Below, piece after piece: positions 31,573 through 42,609 of a stretch of 64,000 bases of DNA (the first letter of the stretch is position 1; every line of letters begins with the position of its first letter). The notes beneath the pieces were generated by a model. The model saw only the letters and a list, made by a program, of their open reading frames with translations, searched no databases and had not been told where the DNA came from. Location: the sequence record SRR20825019_2198. One strand, given 5' to 3'. A program made the translations under genes and the position numbers.

Positions 31573-34326
31573 ATGAAACGCAACCTGAAAGGGTCTTTTA
31601 CGGACCGAATTTTAACGGGCGGCCTTGCCAGCACCTCAGCCATCGCGCTGATGGTAAGCGCAAGCACCGCCGCTTACGCCCAAGACACAGATAGCCCGAA
31701 CACAGATAGCCAAGCCGCAAACAGTGTGGCATTTGAAGAAATTGTCGTCACCGGCGTTCGTGCAAGTATCATCTCGGCACGAAACCTGAAGCGCGACGCC
31801 GTTGGCGTAAGCGACGCCATCTCCGCAGAGGATCTGGGCAAGTTCCCTGATCTTAACTTGTCGGAAACGCTGCAACGCATCCCTGGCGTCACCCTCAACC
31901 GCTCAGACACCGGCCAGGGCTCTACCATCAACCTGCGCGGCCTTGGTGCCAACTTCACCCGGGTTCAGATCAACGGCATGACAGCACCAAGTACCAACGC
32001 TGCTGGTGGTCGCGGTTTCGATTTTGAAATTCTGCCTTCCGAGCTGTTCACCACCGTTGTTGTCAACAAGTCTGTCTCTGCCCGCCATGCAGAAGGTGGC
32101 CTTGCCGGGCTTGTGGAAATGAGCACACCGCAACCTTTCAGCTACCCCGGTTTCAAGCTGGCGGCATCAGCGCAGGGCAACCTCAGCAAAACAGCCGACA
32201 ACCTGGGCGGGCGAGGGTCACTTCTTGTCAGCAATAATTTCAATGACGAATTTGGTATTGCCGCAGCGGTGGTTTATGCGCGCGGCAAATCTCAATCCAA
32301 CCGCTCAGGTGGCTTTAACGTTCGCCCCTTTGGCCTCACAGCCATCAAAGACGATGACGGCAACCCCGCCATCGGCACCGCTGAAGAACAAGCGGCTTAT
32401 GTGAACAATATCCCGCACTATATCTGGAACATCTCGGACACGGAAAGCGTGAGCGGCAATCTGGCTGTGCAGTGGCGCCCGTCTGATGACATTGAGGTCA
32501 GCCTGAACGGCCTCTATTCCACGCTTGATGCCACGCGTTTCACCACGCGTTTTGATGCGCCAAACGAAAGCAACGTAACGTCCATTGAAAATGCTGTGGT
32601 TGAAAACGGCGTTATCACCTCCGGCACCTTTGGGGGCGTGCAGCAGCGGGTTGGCGCCAACAATCTTTCGCGGGATGATGAGCTTTATCAGGTGATCGGC
32701 TCCGTGAAATGGACACCTACGGACGATTGGACCATCACGCCATATATGGGCTACACCAAACGCTCAAGCGACGGCCTTGGCGCGCTATTATCCTATCGCC
32801 GCGCCGACCTTGATACCGGTGAGTTTGTTCTGGGTGACGTAAGCTACACGCACCAGGGCAAGCATGTTGACTGGTCTACATCAGGCACGGATTTCTCCGC
32901 CAACCCGGAAGAGTTTTTGATCAACGTCTTTTACCTGACACCAACAGAAAGCCGCGACAGCGACTTCACCACCAAGCTGGATTTTGAGCACACCTTCCAT
33001 GACAGCCCACTGAAGGCCATTGATTTTGGTGCTCGTTACTCGGTCCGTAAAATGGTCAATGTCAACCACGGCGGTGTGATCGTGCGTGCGGATACCGGCG
33101 TAGACCGCCGCACACTGCCCAGCCTTGCAGACAATGTCTACCTGATTGAAAACTTCAATATATCAGGCGCCCCGGCAGGCATCCCGGAAACGCTGAACAC
33201 GGCAGACATCGACAAGGCCATCGCACTTTGGCTGCCTAACGGCCTCGACGGTGCAGCAATCGACGGCGTGGCAGTGACAGACCGCGCCCTCAACGGTCGC
33301 CAGAACAGTTATGACCTGCGCGAGGCCACCTTCAACGCGTATGCGGAAACAACGTTCGAGGTAGACAGGCTGCTCTTCAACGCGGGCCTTCGTTTCCTGC
33401 GCACTGAGCAAACCACCAATGGTACCTCTGTCACCAATGGTGTGCCCTCCGCCGTTAACAACGTGCGCACCTATCACGACTTCCTGCCAAGCGCGAGCTT
33501 GCGCTATGAGGTGCAGGATGACCTCTATATCCGCGCGGCATATTCCCGCAGCTACACGCGCCCAACGCTGAGCGATCTGGCACCAACGGAAAATATCAGC
33601 GGTGTGGACGAAGGCGGGGGCTTTGGCAGCCAAGGCAACCCGGGGCTTCAACCTTTCACTGCAAACAATATCGACCTTGGCTTGGAATGGTACTTCGGTG
33701 ATGAAGGCCTGTTGTCGGCGACGCTTTTCTATAAAAGCCTCGACGGTATTATTGACACTGAAACCTTCACCGAAGACCGCACCTTCCCACGTCAGCGCGA
33801 CGGCGTACTTGTTACCGCACCTGTGGTGATCACCCGCCCCGCCAACGGTGCTTCGGCGGAGATCAAGGGCCTTGAAGTTGCAGGCCAGATGCGCCTGACA
33901 TTCCTGCCAGAAGGCTGGATGCAGAACTTTGGCGTGCAGGCGAACTATACGTTTGCGGACAGCTCGGCTGACTTTAATGCTGAAGATGATGTGCGCAGCA
34001 CCGGCCTGCCGGGACTTTCCCGCCACAGCGCCAACGCATCGCTCTATTACGATGACCAGCGCTTCAGCGCCCGTCTCGCCTATGCGTGGCGGTCTGAGTA
34101 TCTGCATGCCTTTGCTGGCGCATGGGGCATCCCCCGGTTCCAGAACGCATTTGGACAGCTCGACTTTTCAGCCAACTATGAGGTGATCAGCAACGTACAC
34201 CTGCAACTGCAAGTGCTCAACGTTACCAATAATGTTGTGTCTTTCACTTCAGACGCCGTGAAAGCTCCCAACAATGTCACGCAGCTTGATCGCCGCATCC
34301 TGTTTGGGGCCCGTGTCAGCTTCTAG
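31573..34326 (+). CDS. TonB-dependent receptor (sugar type; aga locus)
   Basis: EEIVVTGVRAS, DAISAEDLGKFPDLNLSETLQRIPGV, GNPGLQPF, terminal ARVSF. Confidence 0.95.
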   Translation: MKRNLKGSFTDRILTGGLASTSAIALMVSASTAAYAQDTDSPNTDSQAANSVAFEEIVVTGVRASIISARNLKRDAVGVSDAISAEDLGKFPDLNLSETLQRIPGVTLNRSDTGQGSTINLRGLGANFTRVQINGMTAPSTNAAGGRGFDFEILPSELFTTVVVNKSVSARHAEGGLAGLVEMSTPQPFSYPGFKLAASAQGNLSKTADNLGGRGSLLVSNNFNDEFGIAAAVVYARGKSQSNRSGGFNVRPFGLTAIKDDDGNPAIGTAEEQAAYVNNIPHYIWNISDTESVSGNLAVQWRPSDDIEVSLNGLYSTLDATRFTTRFDAPNESNVTSIENAVVENGVITSGTFGGVQQRVGANNLSRDDELYQVIGSVKWTPTDDWTITPYMGYTKRSSDGLGALLSYRRADLDTGEFVLGDVSYTHQGKHVDWSTSGTDFSANPEEFLINVFYLTPTESRDSDFTTKLDFEHTFHDSPLKAIDFGARYSVRKMVNVNHGGVIVRADTGVDRRTLPSLADNVYLIENFNISGAPAGIPETLNTADIDKAIALWLPNGLDGAAIDGVAVTDRALNGRQNSYDLREATFNAYAETTFEVDRLLFNAGLRFLRTEQTTNGTSVTNGVPSAVNNVRTYHDFLPSASLRYEVQDDLYIRAAYSRSYTRPTLSDLAPTENISGVDEGGGFGSQGNPGLQPFTANNIDLGLEWYFGDEGLLSATLFYKSLDGIIDTETFTEDRTFPRQRDGVLVTAPVVITRPANGASAEIKGLEVAGQMRLTFLPEGWMQNFGVQANYTFADSSADFNAEDDVRSTGLPGLSRHSANASLYYDDQRFSARLAYAWRSEYLHAFAGAWGIPRFQNAFGQLDFSANYEVISNVHLQLQVLNVTNNVVSFTSDAVKAPNNVTQLDRRILFGARVSF

Positions 34327-34364
34327 GTGCGCAACGCCTGAGAATACGACACGAGCGATCAACT

Positions 34365-34392
34365 ATAGCCGGGCTTTTGCCCGGCTATTTTT
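34365..34392 (+). terminator. Intrinsic terminator
   Basis: ATAGCCGGGC-TTTT-GCCCGGCTAT followed by TTTT, directly after the TBDR. Confidence 0.8.
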
Positions 34393-34486
34393 CCGCTTTA
34401 TCACGTTCGGTTAATAGTAGAAAAAATACACTCTTTGATATATATTGGGAGACCTGCATGAACTCTGGCAGGCAGCACGGCAATAT

Positions 34487-35335
34487 ATGTTCAAACACTG
34501 GGCTAAACATATCACCCTCGGTATTGCAGCAGCGCTTGCTGCTTTTGCGCCCGTCTATCCCGCGTATGCCTCGCAAGAAGAATCTCCCTCTTCCCAATGC
34601 CCTGAAATCATCGCCACCGGCCATCCAGATTATGTGCCGATCTCCTGGCAAAAGGGAGACTTGCTTGTGGGGGCCGCGCCCGACCTTCTAGCCCTGATAT
34701 CAAGCGAGATTGGCGTACCCATCCGCACGGTACATAGCGGCGGCTGGAAGCGCGCGCAGTCACAGGTGTTTGCCGGCGAGATCGATATGATCGCAAGCCT
34801 CTACCGCACAGCGGAGCGGGAAACCCTGCTTGAATATACCAGCGCCTTTTCAAACGAGCCCGTTGTTGTCATCACGCTGGTAGACACGGACCTGCATTTT
34901 CGTGACCGCAACGACCTTTCGCCCTATCAGGGTGGTATGGTGATCGGCGACTCTCTCGGGCAGGAGCTGGACGACTTCAGCGCAACATCATTAAAACTGC
35001 ATACTGTGCCGTCGGTTGAACATCTCCTGAACCTTCTGGACCATAAGCGCATTCAATATGCCATTCATGGCCTTTACCCGGTGATGGTAACTGCCCATAA
35101 ACTTGGCATCGCGCCACGTATCCGCACCCACGTGCCGCCCTTAAGCCAAGAGAGCATGCATCTGGCGATCTCGAAAAAATCATCCTGCCTGCACCTGCTA
35201 CCAAAGATATCAGCGGCGATTGAGAGCTTGCGCGCCACAGGCCATGTGGACAATTTGCTGAAAGAAAACTGGGCCAAGTGGGCAAAAACGGAAAATGTTG
35301 GCATGGCGCCCCCTGAAATATCGCAGGACAGGTAG
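34487..35335 (+). CDS. Stand-alone family-3-like periplasmic solute-binding protein
   Basis: Signal peptide, PDYVPISW, GWKRAQ, GEIDM, YRTAERE. Confidence 0.8.
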   Translation: MFKHWAKHITLGIAAALAAFAPVYPAYASQEESPSSQCPEIIATGHPDYVPISWQKGDLLVGAAPDLLALISSEIGVPIRTVHSGGWKRAQSQVFAGEIDMIASLYRTAERETLLEYTSAFSNEPVVVITLVDTDLHFRDRNDLSPYQGGMVIGDSLGQELDDFSATSLKLHTVPSVEHLLNLLDHKRIQYAIHGLYPVMVTAHKLGIAPRIRTHVPPLSQESMHLAISKKSSCLHLLPKISAAIESLRATGHVDNLLKENWAKWAKTENVGMAPPEISQDR

Positions 35336-35358
35336 CGCCACACAGTTCTCATCACTCG

Positions 35359-37563
35359 CTAGAAGGAGAACGACGCCTCAAGTCCATAACTTCGCGGCTG
35401 AAGGCGAGCCTCAGTGATCGTGCCGAAAAAATCACGGATGCTGGATGTCACTGCATCATCCTTCAGGATGTTTTCTGCATAAATTGCCAGCCGCCAGACG
35501 CCATCGTCGCTGCCCACGCCAAGTTTCATATCAAGAAGATCACGCGCGTCCAGCCGCCCGTAAGGCACGCTGGCCCCACCCAGAAGCGGTTGGCTGGTGA
35601 TATTGTCGGGCGTGACGTACGACCCGCCTGCGTGGGTAAAGCTCGCATGCACAAACCCGAGCAAGCTGGCATTTAAGCTACGCTCATAATCCACCACAAC
35701 ACCTGCTTCAAAGTCTGGCGCATCAAGCTTATTGCCGGAAACATCCGTGCCGCCAACACCACCTTCCGCAAATTCGCTATAGGTCGCATCCAGCACCGAT
35801 GTCCATGCCCGCACGCTTAGGCCTTCCGCGAGTTCAGCTTGCACCTCAAGCTCAACGCCCTTGGTGCGTACTTTGGCAGCGTTTGAAATCACAATCGCCG
35901 TACGCCCACCCCCAAGGTCACGGAACTGGTTGACCTGAAAGTCGTCATAGTCCACCCAGAAGGCCGTGGCCGAGAACCAAAGCGTGCCATCTGCCACGCT
36001 GCCCTTAAGCCCTGCCTCATAGCTGCGTGCGCTTTCTTTCTCGAACGCCACGTCGCCGGGAAAGATGCCTGCGCTCACGTAATCGAGGTTGAACCCACCA
36101 CTTTTATAACCTTCCGCATAACGCACAAAAGCCGTGATATCGTCTGAGGCCTGATAGCTCACACTGAAGGTGGGGGAGATATCGTCATCTGTGCGCTCTG
36201 CATTCAAAGTGCCAGTTGCAAGGCCAAACACCGGGCCTTCCAATGTGTTGATCGTCCAGTCCGCGACCTTCTTGTCGTGCGAGTAGCGCAGCCCCGCGCG
36301 CAGGCTCAGCCGCTCTGTCACCGCATAATCTGCGTTTGCGAAAACGCCCCAGGCCGTGGTGTCTACCTGGCCAATGTTTGAAAGGTCCGCGCCCGGTAGC
36401 ATACCAAGCATGAGGCCGTCCGCGCCCGCAACCGCATGCCGGTCTGTTTTCGCGCGTTGGTCGAGGTAGGTAACACCCACCATATAGCTGATGGCCGCGT
36501 TCTGGTTTGAAGCATACCGCACTTCCTGACTGAAGTGGTTATAGGCCTCGTCATAGTCGATATGCAATAGGTCGGCGGGTGTATAGTCGGTGTCGTTTAC
36601 CATCGCCACGTCTGTTGAGCGAAGGCCGGAAAGTGTCTGTATGGTGCCGCCGCCCGTCAGCTCATAACTGAGCGTCAGCCCCGCGCCTTTCGCCACAAGG
36701 CTTTGCCTCGGCGTGGTATTGAACGCCACCTCAAAGTCATTTGGTGCGAAGCCCTCCGGCGCAATGCCCAGAGTTTCAGAAAGCGGGTCCCCGATCAATG
36801 CACGCTCATCAAGCGAGGTACGGTCAAGGCTCAGGCGCACCTCAAAACTGCCACGGCTATAGACTGCTTGTGCACGCATGCTGTCCCGGTTGCGATTGTC
36901 AATTTCGTCACCCGTTACTAGGTTATCGGTCAAGCCGTCCCGGTTGTTCAGCCCCGCGGATAAGCTGATGGCCAGCTCATCGCTCACAGGCGTGGAAACC
37001 AGCCCTTGCAGCACACGTTCACCCACACCGCCGTAGCGCGCACGGCCCATGACCCGAAGCTCGTCGCCCGGCTTCTGACTTTTGAGGTTGATAGCACCCG
37101 CGATAGCGTTACGGCCAAAAAAAGTGCCCTGCGGCCCCCGCAACACTTCAACCTGCGCAAGGTCCAGCAGGTTCTGGTTCAGGCCGTATGATGGGCCGAG
37201 GTAGATGCCGTCCAGATACAGACCAACACGTTCGTCAAAGCCCACGTTGCGGCTAAAGGTGCCCACACCGCGCAGCGTGACCGTGTTGTTGTAAACAAAC
37301 TGGGAGAAGAAACTGAGCCCCGGCACAACAGCGCCTAAATCCTCAAGCGAGGTGAGGTTGCTGTTTGCCACCCATTCGCTGCCCACCACGCTGACTGATA
37401 CGGGCGTATCGGTCAGGCTTTCGTCCCGCTTTTGAGCGCTGACGACTATTTCTTCTACGGTGCCTTCGGCATAGGCCGCAGGCACAGCCAGCATAAGGCA
37501 AACAGTGCCCAATAACTGCGTTTTCCGTCGGTGGTGAACCCGGCTTTCTCTGGTGATATTCAT
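35359..37563 (-). CDS. TonB-dependent receptor
   Basis: EEIVVSAQKRDESL, VEVLRGPQGTFFGRNAIAGAI, GYKSGGFN, terminal FSF. Confidence 0.93.
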   Translation of the reverse strand: MNITRESRVHHRRKTQLLGTVCLMLAVPAAYAEGTVEEIVVSAQKRDESLTDTPVSVSVVGSEWVANSNLTSLEDLGAVVPGLSFFSQFVYNNTVTLRGVGTFSRNVGFDERVGLYLDGIYLGPSYGLNQNLLDLAQVEVLRGPQGTFFGRNAIAGAINLKSQKPGDELRVMGRARYGGVGERVLQGLVSTPVSDELAISLSAGLNNRDGLTDNLVTGDEIDNRNRDSMRAQAVYSRGSFEVRLSLDRTSLDERALIGDPLSETLGIAPEGFAPNDFEVAFNTTPRQSLVAKGAGLTLSYELTGGGTIQTLSGLRSTDVAMVNDTDYTPADLLHIDYDEAYNHFSQEVRYASNQNAAISYMVGVTYLDQRAKTDRHAVAGADGLMLGMLPGADLSNIGQVDTTAWGVFANADYAVTERLSLRAGLRYSHDKKVADWTINTLEGPVFGLATGTLNAERTDDDISPTFSVSYQASDDITAFVRYAEGYKSGGFNLDYVSAGIFPGDVAFEKESARSYEAGLKGSVADGTLWFSATAFWVDYDDFQVNQFRDLGGGRTAIVISNAAKVRTKGVELEVQAELAEGLSVRAWTSVLDATYSEFAEGGVGGTDVSGNKLDAPDFEAGVVVDYERSLNASLLGFVHASFTHAGGSYVTPDNITSQPLLGGASVPYGRLDARDLLDMKLGVGSDDGVWRLAIYAENILKDDAVTSSIRDFFGTITEARLQPRSYGLEASFSF

Positions 37564-37657
37564 GATGCCCCAATCGTGTCGAGTTGGTGAAAACTCTTTA
37601 CGGTTACTCAAAAAATGGTCGAGGCATCAGGTTGCCCCGACCCGTGTCAGACTGCTG

Positions 37658-39724
37658 TTATTTATATTTATCAAACCATGCGAGGATGTTTTCCACCTTC
37701 GCAACAAGGCGTGATGGCCGCCCCGCGATCCCGTGCGGGCTTTCCGGCACGCGTACCATCAACGTATCCACTTTACGAAGCTTGAGCGCCTGGTAGAACT
37801 GCTCGGTTTCCGAGATCGGCGTGCGGCGGTCTGCCTCCCCGGTGATCAGAAGTGTTGGTGTGGTCACATTGCCCACAAGGGAAAGCGGTGAGCGTTTCCA
37901 GTAATGCTCAACATTGTCCCACGGCATGCCGGGGAACTGGAACGGGATCTGGCCGAGATAACTATCGGCGGTCAGCACCTTGGATATCCAGTTGATCACA
38001 GGTTTCGCAACCGCTGCCGCGCGGAAACGGTCCGTGAGGCCAATGGCATAAGCGCTTGCGATACCACCCGCAGAACCACCGGTGATGTAAAGCTGGTCAG
38101 CGTCCGCGATGCCTTTCTCGATCAAGGCATCAAGGCCAGACATATGGTCAGCAAAGTCATATTCGCTGGAATATTTGTTCTGCAAGAGAAGCGCAAAACG
38201 TTCGCCATATGATGTGCTGCCCCGGTGGTTATCATAAAACACCACATAACCCTCAGCGGCAAAACGCTGCATCTCAGCCGAGAAATGCGGGCCATAACTC
38301 AGGTGTGGGCCACCGTGAATTTCAAGAATGGTGGGATATGCTTTTGATGGGTCATAGTCAGGCGGCGTCATATACCAGCCCTGAATTTCTTCCCCATCGA
38401 TGGAGGAGTTATAAATAATCTCCTGCACCTCACCGAGGGTTTTATGCCCCAGCGCATCCTCATTCAACGCGGTCAATTGGCGTGGCATGGCCTTGCCGCC
38501 ACGGGCGACATAAAGGTCTGCCGGGCGCTGTGGTGTACCCTTGGTGAAAGCAACAGTGCCGCCAGCCGCCGAGTAGCTACCGCTTTCATAGGGCCGACCA
38601 AGCGTGGTGCCACCAAGCCCATATGCCACGGGGCGATGTTTGCCTGCGAGGTCAGCATAGCCCACCTGCGCCACACCACGTACCGTCATCTGGTAATAAA
38701 GACCCTTGCTCTTTTCATCCCAGGTGAGAGATTCGAGCGAATTATCAATGTCTGCGGAAAGGTTGCGGTCGTCCGTGCCGTCCACCTTCATCACATGCAA
38801 AAATTTGTTCCGGTAGGCGAGCTTCTCGTCATCCATCTTGAGATAGGCGATATATTTGCCATCTGGTGAAACGGTGGCGCCATATTCAGCGCCCGGCGCG
38901 CTCGTTATCTCGCGCACGCTGCCGTCCATTTTAAAAGCATAGAGGTTGCTTTCACGCGCCTCATATTCCCAGTTATCGCTGCGGTTGGCAGAGACGACAA
39001 CTTCCGCACCGTCCGCTGTAAAACTGATGGGGCCACGGTGGTTATAGTTGCCGTCCGTAAGCTGGCGGGCTGTGCCGCCATCTGCCGGCACAATAAATAC
39101 ATGGGTGTATGCGGGCTCTAGAATACCGCGGCCGTCAGCCTGATACCGCGCTTTGGAAACATAAGTCACGGCAGGCGACCAGTCCGCGCCCTTCGGCTTC
39201 GCAGGCATTTTCACTTTCAGCGGTTTGCCCTTTTCCTTCACGCTCATGGTGAAGGCGATCTGGCTACCGTCAGGCGACCATGTGATGGCCGACGGGCTTG
39301 ATTGCAGGTTGGTCACCAGCGCCGTTTGGCCCGTATCCATCCAGCGTACATAAAGCTGGGTTTTACCGTGTTCGTTCGAGAGGTACGCAATTCGTTTGCC
39401 GTTCGGCGACCACACAGGCGACCGGTAGCTTTTGGTGCCAGAAAGCAGCGGCCTATGGTCGCTGCCGTCCGCCGCCGCTATCCAGATATTGGAGCGGGTG
39501 CCATCTGTCATGATGTCGTTTGAGCGCCGCACATAAAGCACAGACTTACCGTCCGGCGAGACAGCAGGGTTATCCGCATACTCAAGCTCGAACACATCTA
39601 CGCTTTCAAATTTTGCTGTAGCTGCCGGAGCCATGTCCTCAGCATCATCCTGCGCCCACACAGGAGCCTGAAGCGACACTGCCGCCAACAAACCAAGCGC
39701 AAAGGGCTTTTTGAGAATATTCAT
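37658..39724 (-). CDS. S9-family (prolyl oligopeptidase/acylaminoacyl) peptidase, secreted
   Basis: Signal peptide, PD40 repeats, IHGGPH, GGSAGG, D-R-R, HG catalytic motifs. Confidence 0.93.
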   Translation of the reverse strand: MNILKKPFALGLLAAVSLQAPVWAQDDAEDMAPAATAKFESVDVFELEYADNPAVSPDGKSVLYVRRSNDIMTDGTRSNIWIAAADGSDHRPLLSGTKSYRSPVWSPNGKRIAYLSNEHGKTQLYVRWMDTGQTALVTNLQSSPSAITWSPDGSQIAFTMSVKEKGKPLKVKMPAKPKGADWSPAVTYVSKARYQADGRGILEPAYTHVFIVPADGGTARQLTDGNYNHRGPISFTADGAEVVVSANRSDNWEYEARESNLYAFKMDGSVREITSAPGAEYGATVSPDGKYIAYLKMDDEKLAYRNKFLHVMKVDGTDDRNLSADIDNSLESLTWDEKSKGLYYQMTVRGVAQVGYADLAGKHRPVAYGLGGTTLGRPYESGSYSAAGGTVAFTKGTPQRPADLYVARGGKAMPRQLTALNEDALGHKTLGEVQEIIYNSSIDGEEIQGWYMTPPDYDPSKAYPTILEIHGGPHLSYGPHFSAEMQRFAAEGYVVFYDNHRGSTSYGERFALLLQNKYSSEYDFADHMSGLDALIEKGIADADQLYITGGSAGGIASAYAIGLTDRFRAAAVAKPVINWISKVLTADSYLGQIPFQFPGMPWDNVEHYWKRSPLSLVGNVTTPTLLITGEADRRTPISETEQFYQALKLRKVDTLMVRVPESPHGIAGRPSRLVAKVENILAWFDKYK

Positions 39725-39954
39725 GATTGACCTCCCAATCGTTATTGTTTTTCTGGGCTGGGTGAAACAGCCCGATCCACCCACAACTACCCCGTTATCG
39801 CGCGACACTCTGAAGTGAAAAACAGGGGCTGCCAAGGTCAAAAACGGATTTGTGACTACGCTTCAACCATTCCGGGTATAGCACACTGCAAGCAGGTTGG
39901 CCTGAGCGCCACAAAAGGTTATGATGCCGCCCCATAAGACGGAGAATTCCCCAT

Positions 39955-40704
39955 ATGACGTTCAAAGATCATTTCTCGCACGACAGCAGTGCCTACAAAA
40001 CTCATCGGCCACAATATGAGGTTAGCCTGGTGGACCATCTGGCCGCAGGCCTTGATGTGCGCAAACTGGCCGTTGATGTAGGTTGTGGCAGCGGGCAATT
40101 TACCCACGTGCTGGCCGAGCGGTTTGACCATGTTATCGGCTATGATGGCAGCGCCTCCCAGATCGAGAATGCGGAGCCAAACGACCGCATCGACTACCGC
40201 GTTGGCAAAGCGGAAGACCTCAAGCTGGAGCCCCTAAGCGTAGATATGATCACCGTTTTGCAGGCCGCGCACTGGTTTGACCTGCCTGCCTTTTATGCCC
40301 GCGCAGACAGGGCCCTGAAACCCGGTGGGGTGCTGGCACTGGTGGCTTATGGCCTCGCGCGGATCACGCCTGACATTGATGCGGCGGTTGACGATTTCTA
40401 CACCCGCGGCATCGGCGCTTACTGGCCGCCAGAACGCGCGCATTTTGATGATGAATATGCGAGCCTGCCCTTCCCGTATGACGAACCGCCCATGCCGCGT
40501 TATGAAATGAAGGTGGAATGGACGTTTGACCAGCTAAAGGGCTATCTGGGCACTTGGTCAGCAGTGGGTGAAGCCAAAAAAGTACTGGGCTTCAACCCGC
40601 TTGATGCTTTTACCGCCAAGCTGCGGGAGGTGTGGGGCGACGCGGAAACCCACACCGTGTGCTGGCCGCTTTTCATGCGTTACGGGCGTAAGCCGCTGGT
40701 ATAA
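39955..40704 (+). CDS. Class I SAM-dependent methyltransferase
   Basis: FKDHFS, VDVGCGSGQ, QAAHWFD, LKPGG. Confidence 0.9.
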   Translation: MTFKDHFSHDSSAYKTHRPQYEVSLVDHLAAGLDVRKLAVDVGCGSGQFTHVLAERFDHVIGYDGSASQIENAEPNDRIDYRVGKAEDLKLEPLSVDMITVLQAAHWFDLPAFYARADRALKPGGVLALVAYGLARITPDIDAAVDDFYTRGIGAYWPPERAHFDDEYASLPFPYDEPPMPRYEMKVEWTFDQLKGYLGTWSAVGEAKKVLGFNPLDAFTAKLREVWGDAETHTVCWPLFMRYGRKPLV

Positions 40705-42609
40705 TTACCAGCCGCCACCGCCACCGCCACCGCCGCCACCACCGGAGAAACCGCCACCACCCGAAAAGCCGGATGACCCGCTTGAGGACGGTGGTGTACT
40801 GGCCGCCGCAATGGAGCTTGTAACCGTGCTGGCGATAACACCGCCAAGCGTACCGGCCATAAATCGCCGGGCACCATAGCTGCGGCCATAACCTCTGTGG
40901 CTATGGTACCAAACCGGGTGATATTCACTTTCACCCCGCGCTTCAGCGGCCCGCCTCAACACGTCATCAAACTGGTCGCCCCATTTGTTTTCAACATCAA
41001 GTGCAATGGCGTAGGGCAGCAGCGCCTCATAATGCTCGGGCGTGCGCTCTGGCGGGTTATGGAAATTGAGCCGGTCTTTTTCCGCCACGCTCATATAAAG
41101 CTTCAACCCCTCAATCTCATCCAGCATCTGGCGGCCAAATTTAGTGCGCGCAGGCATGAGCACAGAAAAGATGATGGTGGGCGCGAGCGTGAGCACCAAA
41201 AACACCAGCATGAATGGCGCAAGCCGCGCCTCACCCCCACCCAACACGGCCGGGAAAAGCATCAGGATCACCAGAAGCGCACCCACCGAGTTTACAAGCG
41301 CATTGCTTTCATGCCGTTCCCGCACCAGCAGGCTTTTCACGCCCCAGAAAGCGAAAGCCGCGATGAGGCCAATAGCCACCAACGCCCAAGGAAGCTGGTA
41401 AGATGCCGTCACCATAGCCAACAAGCCCGAAACCGCTACCGAGATTGTGGTCATCACCACACCCCGATTGCGGGTAAAATATTTGGCTTCCCCGCGCTCA
41501 ACTGCGGCATAAAATCGCTTGAGCCCCAGTGCGAAGGTTTTGTCAAACTCACCACCAATTTTGAAGTATGGCGCACCGTGCAGAAACTCCCGCGCAATAA
41601 CCGCTTCGCCCGGTGCGAGCTTGGCGTTATCAATCTTTTCGCCCACCCGCTTGAGCGTGATGACCTTGTCATGCTCTTCAATCGTAATTAGCCCTTTGGC
41701 TGCCATGGAAACCACGGCGGCGGTGAACACTGTCGCGTCTGACCCCATGTGGTTTACAAACCGGCACAAGGCGGGCGACATGGGTTTGCCGTCACCGCCA
41801 ATGGGCGCGCTATATTGCGCAATAACGGCACCGCCTTTTGGGTCTTTGCCCACGGCGCGCCACGCGTTAAGGCCATAGAGGAAGGTGATAAGCGCCGCAA
41901 GCGCGCCCACCAGCATCCAGCCATTGGCCTGCACCAACCGGGCGGCTTTATCGGCTGCGCTTGGGCGGGTAACAATACCAGCCTGCCATTCCAGAAGCAC
42001 CGTGAGCCCGGCCCGTGAACTCAGCCGCCTGTCAGTGCGCACCTCAAGTTTATTGTTCGAGAGTTGGCGCAATGTTGCGTCACTTGCATTTGAGCCAAAG
42101 CGCCCGGTATAGGCGGCTGTGCGCTCCAGCATCGCCCCCTCAGGCAGGGTGATCATCGCGCTCGCGCTATCGATCACAAAGTCCCAGCCGTTGCCGGTAA
42201 TGTTGAAATATAGCTCATCGGTTTCCGGCAAGTGGGTGAGCTGGTGTGTGGTCTCATAGGTGATTGTATAGGTATGCTCACCGCGCCTGACCATGGTGTC
42301 CGGGTCGCCAATGCGCACGCGCCAGCCGTTATTAAGCCACTCCATATTGTAGGGCACATTCCCACCGTCCAGCTGCACGTCTTTGACATCAAAGCTGAAG
42401 TTGACCGTGTTGCTGTTCCGGTCCTTATAGCGGGTGGGGAAATCACGAAAGATGCCACGCCGGATGCGGTCATGCTCCACATTCACCGTGATGCTTTCCG
42501 TTACCTCAAGCACACCGTCTGTACGCACGGTAATGTCACTGTGAAACTGGCGGATCGTCTCTGCCGCCGTTGCATGTTGAGTGACAGCCAACATACACAC
42601 CAAAAACAA
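40705..42609 (-). CDS. DUF2207-family membrane protein, copy A (natural start may be 42666, interrupted by an in-frame TAG)
   Basis: FHSDITV..DG.L.V.E, RGIFRDFP, DELYFNITGNGW, YEALLPYAIALDV, Gly/Ser-rich tail ending GGGGGW. Confidence 0.85.
   Translation of the reverse strand: MFLVCMLAVTQHATAAETIRQFHSDITVRTDGVLEVTESITVNVEHDRIRRGIFRDFPTRYKDRNSNTVNFSFDVKDVQLDGGNVPYNMEWLNNGWRVRIGDPDTMVRRGEHTYTITYETTHQLTHLPETDELYFNITGNGWDFVIDSASAMITLPEGAMLERTAAYTGRFGSNASDATLRQLSNNKLEVRTDRRLSSRAGLTVLLEWQAGIVTRPSAADKAARLVQANGWMLVGALAALITFLYGLNAWRAVGKDPKGGAVIAQYSAPIGGDGKPMSPALCRFVNHMGSDATVFTAAVVSMAAKGLITIEEHDKVITLKRVGEKIDNAKLAPGEAVIAREFLHGAPYFKIGGEFDKTFALGLKRFYAAVERGEAKYFTRNRGVVMTTISVAVSGLLAMVTASYQLPWALVAIGLIAAFAFWGVKSLLVRERHESNALVNSVGALLVILMLFPAVLGGGEARLAPFMLVFLVLTLAPTIIFSVLMPARTKFGRQMLDEIEGLKLYMSVAEKDRLNFHNPPERTPEHYEALLPYAIALDVENKWGDQFDDVLRRAAEARGESEYHPVWYHSHRGYGRSYGARRFMAGTLGGVIASTVTSSIAAASTPPSSSGSSGFSGGGGFSGGGGGGGGGGGW

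Noticed and set aside
31685-31711. ACACAGATAGCC duplicated
   Set aside because: Short in-frame duplication in the low-complexity TBDR N-terminal linker.
40705-40780. CCGCCA repeats / poly-Pro ORF
   Set aside because: This is simply the antisense of the Gly-rich DUF2207 tail.
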